A DNA stretch of 64,000 nucleotides. Source: Schmidtea polychroa (taxonomy: Eukaryota). The stretch covers positions 28,520,001 to 28,584,000 of the forward strand of contig CM097888.1 of assembly GCA_044892525.1 (NCBI GenBank), written 5' to 3'. Below are positions 1 to 11,838 of this stretch, in pieces (within the stretch, counting starts at the first letter, position 1; each line of letters starts with the position of its first letter). The notes under the pieces are model-generated. The model saw only the letters and a list, made by a program, of their open reading frames with translations, had not been told where the DNA came from and searched no databases. A program made the translations under genes and the position numbers.

Positions 1-9
1 CCGGTTTCA

Positions 10-710
10 ACTCTATTACAGGGTTTTTAACTTAATTTTTTAATTTAATCTCTTTATAGTTTAACTTATCCCTTTAAAATTTAATTTAATCCAATCATAA
101 AGTTGTTTAAAATTTTAAAATTATATACAAAGGAGCCTTGTCGGTACAAGTCCTAGAAAACAAGTACGAAATTTGAAATCACAAAATTATTCTGTCTGTT
201 CAGTTGCATTTAATTGTAACGATTTAATGTATTTTCTTCGAAATTTGTTACAAAAACTGAACAACGATGGATTTACAAATTCAAAAATCATAATGGATAA
301 TTGTAGTATTCATAAAGGAGAAAAAATAAGAAATTTAATAACTGAAAGCGGGCATGAATTACTATTCCTTTCGCCATATATACCCCGCAATTGAATCCAA
401 TCGAAGTCTTTACAAAATGGAAGTCTCTTATAAAGGATTGCAACTTGAATTGATCACGGCAATAAATACTACAATTACTAAAATTTCTGGAAATGATTGT
501 ATTAGATTTTTTAACCATGCGAGATCTTGTAAAAGCACTTCGAAGAGAAGAGTTTTAATAAATCTATACCGAAAATCGAAACTTGAATTTTAAATTTTTT
601 GATATTTATTTTTGTATATAATTTATAAACTTGAATGAATTAAATTAACTTTTAAAAAGATTAAATGAAATTTTAAAGGGATTAAATTAAGTTAAAAACT
701 CTAATTGAAA
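10..710 (+). mobile_element. Degenerate, internally deleted IS630/Tc1-mariner-like element with a frameshifted DDE transposase fragment (173-593)
   Basis: IIMDNCSIHK...LLFLSPY continues after a frameshift as TPQLNPIEVFTKWK, the DDE_3-type D..PYSPxLNPIE motif. Imperfect long inverted repeats at ~20-131 and ~611-705 (e.g. tttttaacttaattt / aaattaagttaaaaa; ttatatacaaa / tttgtatataa). Confidence 0.6.
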
Positions 711-737
711 TTGTTCCTTTATCATAATATAGCTATA

Positions 738-1390
738 CAGGAATACCTCGAACAGTACGGTTAATCGGTTCTGGAATTTAGCCGTACTATTTGAAACCGG
801 GCTATTCGAGGCATTCTGGCACTAATATTAAGAAATACCTATTAAGAAATTTAAAAATCGTGATTATAATATAGTAAACAGAAAATATTTTGTTATGTAT
901 TTTTATTGATCTTTATTTTTCACAATTTTCCGAACTGACGCCTCGTTCATTCCCCTTTCTTTTCCTACTTTAGCAAACGAAGCCCCTTCCTCATGAAGTT
1001 TAATAACGCTAAGCTTCTGTTCTAAAATGAGCCATTTGCGTTTTTTGGTTGTGGAGTCACTTTTACACTTTGTTCTGCCACTCATATTTATTTTTTAAAT
1101 TAAAATCTAAATCTATAAAAGTCAACATACTCTACGATTAAAAATATAAAACCAGCAACTTTGATCTATTATCGCGCGATCGTGAATGTATCCGCAGTGA
1201 ATTTTTTACGGTTTATTTATTCAATTTTTTATTAAAACTACAAACCAGTGCCGTATGATTTTATAATAACGAATAAATTCTAAAAAATTAATTTAAAAAA
1301 ACTTTTTTAAATTTCGAAAATTTTATTTAATCATTTTAAAAACAATCATATTTTGAAAATTTCAAAACCGTACTATGCGAGGTATTCCTG
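738..1390 (-). mobile_element. Internally deleted pogo/Tigger element (653 bp) with N-terminal CENP-B/psq HTH remnant (903-1085)
   Basis: 25-bp TIRs caggaatacctcgaacagtacggtt vs reverse complement caggaatacctcgcatagtacggtt, TA on both flanks. ORF RKWLILEQKLSVIKLHEEGASFAKVGKERGMNEASVRKIVKNKD is a typical Tigger HTH. Confidence 0.85.
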
Positions 1391-3160
1391 TATATTTGTT
1401 TTTAAACTACTCGTAAATGTCTAGCTCAATAAGTTTTTTCATTCTTTACGGTTCTTATTAATTTAGTCCTAATGTACTTTGGCGGCAATATTTTTTTGTT
1501 TATATTCAAATTTTTATGTAGCTTTATTTGCCTTAAATTTATCAGGATTTTATTTGATGAAAACTGTTAAAAAATTGTAAAAAGATGTTATTTTTATTTA
1601 TAAAGTTTCAATTTATGATTTGAAGTCAAACTTACTTTAATATGAAAATTTAGTTATATTTTTTTCTTGTTTTTTTGGCAGTGTCGGAGAATTAACAATA
1701 TTTAGCTTATTAAAAGATACATAGTTAATTTATTGTTAATGTTCGTTTCATTACTTTTTCGTTATTTAAAAAAATATCAATAAAATATTTTTAACTCTAC
1801 TAAGGAACTACCAAAATTTTTTTGTATTTATGCATATCATTGAAATGTATTTAAACATTATTTTTAATTACTTGATTGCCATGTTAAAAAATGTGAAATC
1901 CGTTAATGTAAAGTTCATTTTTTCATCAGTACTTTTTCAATTTATTTTAGGTAGAATGAATTTCCATTTACATAGACTTTAATAAAATTTTATTATTGTT
2001 TTTCGTAATTTTTGTAGAAATATTTTTTTTTTATTGAGTTATTTGTAAACAAATTTGTTGTGTATTTGTAATTTAGATTTTATTTTCGATTTACCGTCAT
2101 ATTTTCAGATATTTCAGTGAATTTCATGATTGTGCATGATCTGTTACTTATTAGTGTTGTAAAACTGTAATAAATATCACTATTATTACACAAGTTGGTT
2201 TCTGATTCATAAATTCATTTCCTAGTTTAAGAAGAAATTGCATTTGAATTCGTTGCTAGAAAAATATCAGATATACGAATGGCTTTTTTATAACGTTTCT
2301 TTTTTGGTTATGTAAAATATTGAATTTTTAAAAATAATTTTCATATTTAGTTTAATATCTAGACATCTCGAATTTATTTTTCCAAATAAATAAGCCAATA
2401 TAGTAAACTACCGTCAACCTTCCCAGTAACACAATAATGTGGTACGAATTAATGTGGTTTGTACCAATTCTGAGTTTCTTATTGCAATCTTCGTATAACA
2501 CGATACTAATTATTTGTGTTATATGAATATTGATTGTATAGAGTTTTTTGTGGAAATTTCAAAAGATTTTGGAAAAGTCCTTCAAATATTTGCAGAGGGT
2601 TAAATCTTTGTAATTATAAGGCTAACCTTTTCGGGATGGAGCAGCTTAATACATAAACGCTGTGTTACAGAAGCAAAAGTAGAAATAAAGTTGTAAACTT
2701 ATTTTTCTGAGCGCTTATAGTGCCCATGGTACTCTAATGGTTAATAAAATGATTCTGGAAATCAAGTTACTAAATACATATTATAGAAACATAGTACTCT
2801 GTTTTCGTGAATTTAGTTATCTACGATAACTAATCGGACGATGTTGTTATTGGGATAAATATCCCAATGGAAAAATTTATTCTCAAGTTGAGAATCTCAA
2901 CTAACTAATGTCATCATATTTTACTTTCAATCAGACTAAATTAAGATTTAGTTGACTAAAATCTTCGGAGTATTCTTCAGGGGTTTTCATTAGAAAGAGA
3001 ATAATTTTATTAGTTGTTTTTTAATTTAATTTTACAAAAAAATTGAGGAAAGTGGCGAATAGTTAAAGATTCACGTTGTGCAAATTTAAATTGGATATGT
3101 GATTTCAATAGTTTAAAATATGTAATTTTTACTTTATTATCCAATGAGATTTAAAATTAT

Positions 3161-4408
3161 CTTGACATCATTCTCTATTAACTAATTTAATATAGCCCCA
3201 TAAAATTATTTTATTGTTGAATCTTTGAAAAGATCTTATTAATAGGTTGGTAGTAGTTGTATGGCTCACTTTTTATTCTGGAAAAGTAGTTGTAGAAATA
3301 TGAATTTGAGATAAATCTGAAAATCATTGTCTTTTTCATGTTAATTAAAATTTTAAACAGTGAAGCTGACCAAACGTAATGTTTCTGTAGATATGTTTGC
3401 TGCTTTTTGTTTAAACGCAGAGAATGATGTGAGGTAATTAGACATCCATACCTCTTTCTAAGAATATAATTTCAAAGATCTCGATAGTTGGTAAAACTTA
3501 CCTTATAGATCTTTTGGCTTGTGAAATAAAATTGTATCCTTCAAAAGAAATGAAAAGAAAGAAGAATACGATATTGTTTGAATGTGTCTCCTTTATTTTC
3601 AGAATTCATCGAAGTTCTTCAATTACATTTTAAATGATACTTATGCAGAGAACTCTAATGTTAAATCTGTAAACTGGTGTCTACTGTGAAAATCACAATT
3701 TATCCTTTTATCAATAAGATTCGTGTCCTACGGCAATGCAATATGTTTAGCTGCGATAATATATTTAGTTTTCGGTTTAAAATTGGTGATGAATATCAAT
3801 TATTTTAAGTAATATTTTATTTCCATCAAACGTACTAGCCATAAACTGCTTTTTTATCCTAAGTACTATGAAAACAAAGCAGATAAACCTTTTTGAAGTG
3901 ATAGCAGCAGTGAAAATCTTGTGAGAGAAATCTAACATAAGGTTTTGTTTGAATATATTTTTACTTTTATAAATAGTTTTGAAAATAAGTTTGCTCTTCT
4001 ACTTCCATACATTTTCCTTGGGATGTAAAGTGAAGAAATATCAATTTGTTCCTTAACTCAGTGCAGAGAGTAAAATTTGAGCCTGAGGCTTCATATGTTT
4101 GAAGAATGAAGGTAGAATTCACACTTTCAGTGAGAGACCAATGGTGAGCGTGTAGTGGTGGTTCGCAATTCTAATTTAGTTTTGGAATGTAATTTTCGCT
4201 GTTCAAAAGTTCGGAAAATATAAAACTCTGACGATAATTTCATTAATGGATTAAATTTGAAAATCTTTATGTTTTGGTCAAAAAGTATTATTGAAAATTA
4301 ATTAATTTTTCTTGACACCATTCTCTATTAACTAATTTAATATAGCCCCATAAAATTATTTTATTGTCGAATCTTTGAAAAGATCTTATTAATAGGTTGG
4401 TAGTAGTT
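3161..4408. repeat. 98-bp direct repeat pair (3161-3258 and 4311-4408)
   Basis: cttgaca(t/c)cattctctattaac...aataggttggtagtagtt occurs twice, 1150 bp apart, with about 2 mismatches. Confidence 0.9.
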
Positions 4409-4605
4409 CTTTTATAATTCGCTATTTTTTTAATTGAATTCATGGACAATTCTATCAAAATATATTGAATTATCAATGACAAGACTTGTGCATTTCTCCA
4501 ACATTAGTATATCCTTCGTTCATTGACTAGGTTTGAGTGCATGATACCTAAATTTGAATTCATTACCATGTAGAGAAAATGGTATTCTATTGTATTTTGT
4601 TACAG

Positions 4606-5306
4606 ATTGCCAGTGAACCTATTCAGAAAATGGGAACTCGATCTAGAAATAATAAAATGATGTCTCCTCAGCTTACCTCAAACAGCAATTTTGAAATGAA
4701 TATGTTGATGAATAATTCCAATAAATCCAGTGTTGGCAGCCGAACTCCGAATTTTTCGGATTCAAAATGTCAATTAATCTTAACTTCGCCCCAACAGAGG
4801 CCTTATAAAATTCAACAGCAAATATTTAGTAATCCTAACTTGGATTTTCAAAGTAAGCTTTCCTCGTTTTTCATCTCGCGTTCAGATGTCTTTTTCCAGT
4901 TTATGACAGTTCTAATCCTACCAGTACGGTTACATCACCAATAATTCCACGAGCATCTTCCGAAAGATTAGGTCCTCCAACAAATCTAATTTCTACTCCA
5001 TATAACATTCCCATCTCTTCAGGATATTCCATAACAAGTCCTAAAGTCAATAATCAATTTCAGCCGATGCCAATAGCAATGCATCCGACGAATTATTATA
5101 CTCCAGCTCCTCTCTCTTCATCCGCAGACCATTATCCTAACATCCAATACACTTACGGTCAGTCGTCCAACACATATCAGTTGAAACCACACAATTTCCC
5201 CAGAACTATCACCGGTTCGCCGACATATTTGAATAATCAGTCTAAAATCCAAACTGTTCGAGATCCCAATTTGTCTGGGAATGAAACTTATGAAGTTTCC
5301 GTGTGA
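4606..5306 (+). CDS. 3' exons (4606-4852, 4900-5306) of an unidentified host gene with an S/T/P/Q/N-rich low-complexity C-terminus
   Basis: Acceptor ttgttacag at 4605 and a 47-nt GTAAGC...ttccAG intron (4853-4899) join ORF 4579 and ORF 5067 in frame (LDFQ-I-YDSSNPTST...). Upstream exons are not resolved. Confidence 0.5.
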
Positions 5307-5548
5307 AATCTATTACCAGTTTTGTGTTATATTGATTTATAATTGTGATCAGCTTTCTTTTGGGAGATAAATTTGTATTAAGATTTATAATATTACTCGA
5401 TGAAATGTTTTTGACAATGAGTTAGACTTTTTTTTCTGTAATTTTGTACAAATGCCTCTTACCACTTTGCTGACTTATTTATTTTAATCCAATCTACTTT
5501 GTTGATTAATTTATTCGTTGTTTGGAAATTTATCGTTTTTTGTTAATG

Positions 5549-5596
5549 AATATATATATAAATATACACACACACACATATATATACGCATATACA
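5549..5596. repeat. (TA)n/(CA)n microsatellite
   Basis: Direct reading. Confidence 0.8.
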
Positions 5597-7283
5597 TTTA
5601 TAATTATATTTTGATTAGTACTTTATTTAGTGAAGATGAATTTAATAGTAAATAGTGCACATATTTTTCCTGTTGGCGCTATTAAATCATTAAATTATGT
5701 TAAATAATCAGTGGTACACTGTTTTTCAATTTCAAAGAAAATGTCAAATGCGTACGCGTACATACGCCGGATTTAATCCAATGATGTCACTTATCATATA
5801 AATTTTATTTTATACGATTAACTGTTTGCGATTAACTGTTATAAAACTTTACTAAATATAAATACAATAAATATGATTTACAGATTATAATTTCAACACA
5901 CATAATAATTTAAATAAACCGAAAAATGCCTCAAAATACTCGGTTTAATCAAACCACCCTCGTGTATTTCTAAGTTGGCGAGAGGTGGATTCTCATTTAT
6001 CTACATCTTCGCTCTAAGACAGTGGTTTTCAATTAGCGCCTTTGCAACGCTCTGTTTCGGTAATGCAGAAAACGCCCGCTAGTTGCACGAAACAATAACC
6101 TCAAATTTATACGTCACTCGTCGCGAAAATGTCAACTGAAGCGAATTGGCGGGGTGTGTTATTATCGTCATTTCTTTCTGAAAATAATCGTTAGTATGTT
6201 TTCATATTTATATATAATTATTATTTATTTTAAATTATATCAATAAAATATTTTTAGACAAATGGATAAATTTTTAAGTGGGTACAAGAGAAAGTCGACA
6301 TTAATGAAGAAATTGATGCTGATACAAGTGGAAATAATATGAGAAAAGAAGGAGAAAAGACAATACTGTTCATTATATTTATCGTTAGGATTTACAAATG
6401 TTGTTATAGATGGCTCTGAAAAACCAATGCGTTTGTTGTGTTTGAAAGTCTTGGCTTCAGATCGTATGAGACCAGTAAAATTAAAACGGCATCATGAAAC
6501 TCTACACCCTGAATATGTTAACAAGCCCATAGAATATTTTCAAAGAAAATTGCACGAGATAAATATTCAAAAAGAAACGTTTCAGTCACACCAAACGCAT
6601 TATTGGCTTCGTACCATGTCTCATACCAAATTGTGAACATACAACAGGAGAAACCATAATTTTATCAGCAGCTGTTGATATGGTTCAAATAATGTTCGGC
6701 AAATCGTATGCAAAGCAGTTGCAACAAATTCCGTTAGTTGTTAATACAGTTGGGAGAAGAATCAATGATATTTCTGAAGATATCAGCGATCAATTAGTTT
6801 CTCGGCTGCATACTTCGATATTCGCAATTCAAGTAGACGAGGCAACTGATATATTAGAAGATATATTATTTTGCAAATCCATTCCAGGAAAGACCACATC
6901 CATTGAAATCTTAATATAATAGACGGTTTTTTTTAAGAAAACGACATATTGTGGAATAATTACATTGGACTGTGTACTGACGGAGCTCACTCAAAGCAGG
7001 TCTTCAAGCATTGGTGAAAATTTCACTTTTTGAAGTTTCACTTTTTTCACTTCTATATTATTGTGAAATTCGCTGGCTATCTCGTGCAAAATTCATTCAA
7101 AGGGTGTTTGAACTCAAAGAAGAAATAGCAATCTTTCTCGAAGAAAACTATCATGAACAGGCACATTTGTGGACGAACGATAACTTTATTTTGAAACTTG
7201 CCTATTTGGTTGAAATTTTTGGAAAATTGAGCGGTTTGCAGGGATCACAAATGCATCCACTTGATCAAAAAGACATCTGGTCA

Positions 7284-7545
7284 AAGATACAGTAACAGTA
7301 ACGGACAAATATATAACTAGTTGGGTTAAAAGTAATGATGAATGGGACAGCTTACAATCGAAATCAATGAATTTTGGGAAAAGCCAGGGTTCAAAGAAAA
7401 GAAAAATCACAATTCCGTGGTCGTTGTTATCTATTTTTATGCTATTATGAATCATAAACGTCACAACTTCTTTGGTGCATATAATTGCCCTCAAATGGAA
7501 ATAGGAATAGTGTATTTATTGGGTAATGTAACTGAGTGTCTGGAA
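7284..7545 (+). repeat. 262-bp dispersed repeat, copy 1 (copy 2 at 17350-17611)
   Basis: Near-identical sequence aagatacagtaacagtaacgg...actgagtgtctggaa at both sites, offset 10066 bp. Confidence 0.92.
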
Positions 7546-7715
7546 GCCTACTCAAGAAACCTCAAATGGACAAGTGATGTGAAATTTCATGTATACCAAG
7601 AAGTTTTCAATCAAAAGCTGAAGTTATGGAAATCAATTTTACAAAAGAATGATGTTTTCACTTTCAAAAGATTTCTGAACCACGGCGAATATGGAATCAA
7701 GCAAAAATCTTTATA

Positions 7716-9520
7716 CAGTAGATTTCGCTTATAGAGAACTTGCTTAAAGAGAACAAAATCGGTTAAAGAGAATTTTTTGGTTTAAAAACGGCATTTACCC
7801 CAATGATCGGTTAAAGAGAACATTTTTTTATTTTGGGTTTATTTTTTTCGAAATATAGTTTATTTTAGACAGTAAACATATAATTTAATTATTTTTGTTT
7901 TCAAAAGGTAATTGATTAAATGGTAACCTGATTAAAGGTTATTTGATTAATTGAAAATATTATTTTACTTAAAAATTTTAGGCCATAATGAAATCAAGTT
8001 CTAGGACAATTCTAACACTCAAACAGAAATTTGAAATCATAGCACTTTTTGAGAAAGGAGAAAGCCAAGCATCATTGGCCAGAAAATATAAAATATTACC
8101 TTCATCAATATCAAACATTTGTCACAAGAAAAGGGAAGAAATACTTGAGGCCTACAGTTCCAGGCCTTCATCAACCAAGAAACTGAAACAATCTTTTCAT
8201 GATGATTTAGATATTCAGTTAAGTTATTGGTATTTGCTGCAACGATCCAAAAAGATTCCCATTAACAGTGTATTACTTATTGAAAAAGCTGATCAAATTG
8301 CCAAAGATTCAAGATTTTACTTGCACAATGAGTTGGATCCAACGTTTTAAAACTCGGAATTCTCTTGTTTTCGGATCTATTTCTGGAGAAGCTGATGATG
8401 TAAATAATGAGTTGGTGGCGTCGTGGCTTAAAAATGAGTGGCCGGAAATTAGGAAAGGTTATGGTAACAAAGATATTTTTAATGCAGACGAAACGGGATT
8501 ATTTTACAGGCTTTTACCAAATAAAACAATTAAGGTTAAAGGAGAAAGGTGCGTTGGAGGTCAGTTATCTAAGGATAGGATAACTTTGTTATTTTGTGCA
8601 AGTATGAAGGTGAAAAATTGCCTCCATTAATAATTGGAAAATCAAAAAATCCCCTATGTTTTAAAAATGTTGATATTACTTCCCTAAATTATAAAAACAA
8701 TCAGAATGCATGGATGACACCAATACTTTTTTCAAATTGGATTGTGTCATGGGATTCTAAATTAAGAAGTATTGGAAGAAATATTATTTTATTAGTAGAT
8801 AATTGTTCTTCCCATCCTCCGTTAGGTCAATCTTTAACAAATATTGATCTAATTTTTATGCCTCCAAATACCACAAGTAAGTTACAGCCTTTAGATGCCC
8901 GGGTTATCAATGCAGTATTATAAAAAAGGAATTGTTGAATGATTCATTTTTATGATTCTTATCCAGAAGAAAAATTTAAAGTAAGTATTCTTGATGCAAT
9001 TAGTATGGCTAAAACGGCTTGGTCAAAAGTTAGCTGTAAGTAAATTGTTTTAGGCATGCTGGTTTCGGTGAAGTGGTTGAAGGAATGGCAATAAATGAAA
9101 AATTTTCATCTGATATAGAGGAATATTTGGAAAAGCAACATCCGTTTACTGATTTTGTTAATGCTGAAGAAAATTTAGTGACAGAAAATGTCACTGAACA
9201 GGAAGTAGAATTAAATTTGTCGCCATCTGATACGTCAGATAACAATCAATGTGTTGAGCTTCCCAACATTCATAAAGCATTTGAGTGCATGCAACAAGTA
9301 GTTCTTTTTTATTCAAATCAGGATAAAACTGGCCATTTACAAGAAAGTTTAATAGCAATTGAATCAGATTTGGAGAAGATTTTACTCAAGAAAAAAACCA
9401 GGCAACGGAAAATTTATTTTCAAAAAGAGTTTATTTTCAAAAAATAAATGTGTTAGTTAGTAAAATTTTTTGAACATTTTTTCAAGTCCCAAAAATGTTC
9501 TCTTTAAGCGGTATCTACTG
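7716..9520 (+). mobile_element. pogo/Tigger transposon (1805 bp) with frameshifted transposase pseudogene (7988-9447)
   Basis: 23-bp TIRs cagtagatttcgcttatagagaa vs reverse complement cagtagataccgcttaaagagaa, TA TSD. HTH (LTLKQKFEII), IFNADETGLFY, LLVDNCSSH, FMPPNTTSKLQPLD spread over four frames. Confidence 0.92.
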
Positions 9521-10432
9521 TATTGAACACTTGGATGGTTTTTATTCTGTTAATTGTAGTTTTAATTTTTTTTGTATTAAAATTATTATTGTTTAAAACG
9601 TGGTTATATCATTATATTTATTAAAATAAAAGATGGGATGCGTCAAGAAAAAATATTTTTTAGGGGAGACAAGGTAACATAAAGGTTGGAAACCGCTATC
9701 TAAAATACGAGTTTATTTTAATTAACTGGTAGTTATAACCGAACATCAATTTTTAGTATATTTATTAATCAACGTATATTTTAGGTTTTGGTTTAACAAA
9801 ATAAAAAATTGACTTTATTCTTTAATATTATTTTTTTGGTAGCACTAATTAATCCATATGACAAATTTGGGTACTAATTTAATTATTATCATCTTACAAT
9901 TATTATCATCAATTGAAATTTTAATTAACCAGTAGCTGAGGAATATTTAAGCTTAATAATACCGAAATTGATATATTAGCCTATTTATACTGATACTAGG
10001 ATTATGTAATTAGATGTGGCATACTCCATTATTTGCTATGCTTATTGAATTCAAGTTTGTTATTCAGCTTGTAAAGCAATTTCTTCGACTTCTAATACCA
10101 GTGAAGCCATTGATAGAGTTGTCGGGGTGTTAACGAAACATTAACACTTCCATGCATATGTAAGTCATGTTCATGCAAGAGTCAATACTAAATGCCACTT
10201 AATTGAACGGAAGAAATCTTAATAATTTTACAATCAAATGCCTTTAATCGATCGCAAATACAAAATATTATTAAAATTATTGGGAGAGTTATAGAAGCGA
10301 TAAGCTAGGAGCTTCTACTTTAGATCATGGAAGTATATTAAAACTTGTTCTAAGGAAGAGATATTAATAACTATTTGAAGTACAGTATTGATAATCTTGA
10401 AAATAGAATGTATGCATATTTGGAATTATTCA

Positions 10433-10750
10433 AAATATGCAATTTATTTATCCAATTAAAAATTTCTTAATATAAAAATATTGAGAAGAGTGTATTTGGA
10501 AATATATTTAATTCAATTGCTAAAAACATTGAAAATTTGCTTATATTAACAAATTTAAAAAAATTTATAAATGCATTTAGAAAAATCATGTTAAATATTT
10601 TGATGTTTTTGAAATATAATGTATACATATGTAGATTAATTCTAAATATGCAATTTATTTAACCAATTAAAAATTTCTTAATATAAAAATATTAAGAAGA
10701 GTGTATTTGGTAATATATTTAATTCAATTGTTGAAAACATTTAAGATTTG
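10433..10750. repeat. ~107-bp direct repeat pair (10433-10539 and 10644-10750)
   Basis: aaatatgcaatttattt...ttcaattg repeated at an offset of 211 bp. Confidence 0.85.
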
Positions 10751-10951
10751 TGTTATCTACATATTATGCTTATATAAACAAATTTATAAAAATACGCAAA
10801 ATTATGAAATTATAAGATATTTTTCAAATATTCACAAATTAAAAATAAGTCTAGAAATTATAATACATTTTCTATTAAAATTAAGAACATAAATGATTTT
10901 TGAAATAAAATTTACTTTGCAATCAATGAATTTAAAAATTTCGAATTTTAA

Positions 10952-11499
10952 CCCTTTGAGGGCCGGCCGCCACTATAGTGGCAAACTAGTTCTAAAAATA
11001 TCAAATGTAGTTTTTCTTATATAAAATTAAAAAAGAAAATTTTTTTTCAAATAAAAAAATTTCATAAAACACACTGTTTACATAATATTACCTAAAAACT
11101 AAAATAAATCAAACTATAATGAAAATCACATTTCTGTGTGTATTTTTATAAAACTAAACAAAACGAATGATTTTTTTCAAGAAATTTTTTTCTAAAAACT
11201 ACGAATCAATATGTAAAAATAAGAAAAGACTAAAAATTCAATCGAGAAATAAACCATTTCATTTTTATCAATAAATATGGTTATTATAAATTTACTTTTG
11301 TGTGATAATCTTTGAAACATGGTACAATGCATAATGGAACATCACATAGTTGACAAATTATTGTGGTTCTTTTTCGATCACTTGAAGTTGAACAAACAAC
11401 ACAGCATTTCTTTCCATTATCACCATTATCACCATATTTATAAAAAAAATAAAATTTAAAAATTTAAATAAATTTTTAAAAAAGCCGGTCCTCAAAAAG
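10952..11499. mobile_element. piggyBac-like non-autonomous element (548 bp)
   Basis: TTAA-ccctttgagggccggc ... gccggtcctcaaaaag-TTAA, with subterminal palindrome ccactatagtgg. Confidence 0.75.
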
Positions 11500-11838
11500 T
11501 TAATATATTAATTTAACCTTTTAAATGCATAGAAATTGACTTTTGAATAATTTAAAGATTTGTATTTATTTTTAAAAAACTAACAGAAAACTTAACAGAC
11601 CTCCCACGTGGTAATTTTCAACTGCCTTATTAGTCAAAAATTTTTGTAAATCTGAATACATTAGTGCATAATTACTCTAATCGGCCACTAAACGCCTATA
11701 GTGAACTAACGTGTAGCGCACAAGTTTGTCTTCTCCCTTTACTAGTCATCGCTGTCTATAATAATTTGGCTTTTCCCCCCAAATTTTATTATTATTGTTT
11801 TTTCTAAATAAAAAACTATATAGTTTAATTCTCTATAC

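Larger units (their letters stand above)
6020..9697 (+). mobile_element. Degraded Buster/ZBED5-type hAT transposon (transposase pseudogene ~6261-7710), interrupted by a Tigger insertion
   Basis: Left TIR cagtggttttcaa at 6020, right ttggaaaccgct at 9686-9697. Degenerate 8-bp TSD ctcTAaga / atcTAaaa. Fragments CLLCLKVLASDRMRPVKLKRHHETLH, FAIQVDEATD, CEIRWLSR, KLAYLVEIF, KLKLWK. Confidence 0.8.

Noticed and set aside
1440-3700. Possible upstream membrane-protein exons of the gene ending at 5306
   Set aside because: Exon-like pieces exist (e.g. 3361-3433), but I could not chain them into a consistent frame.
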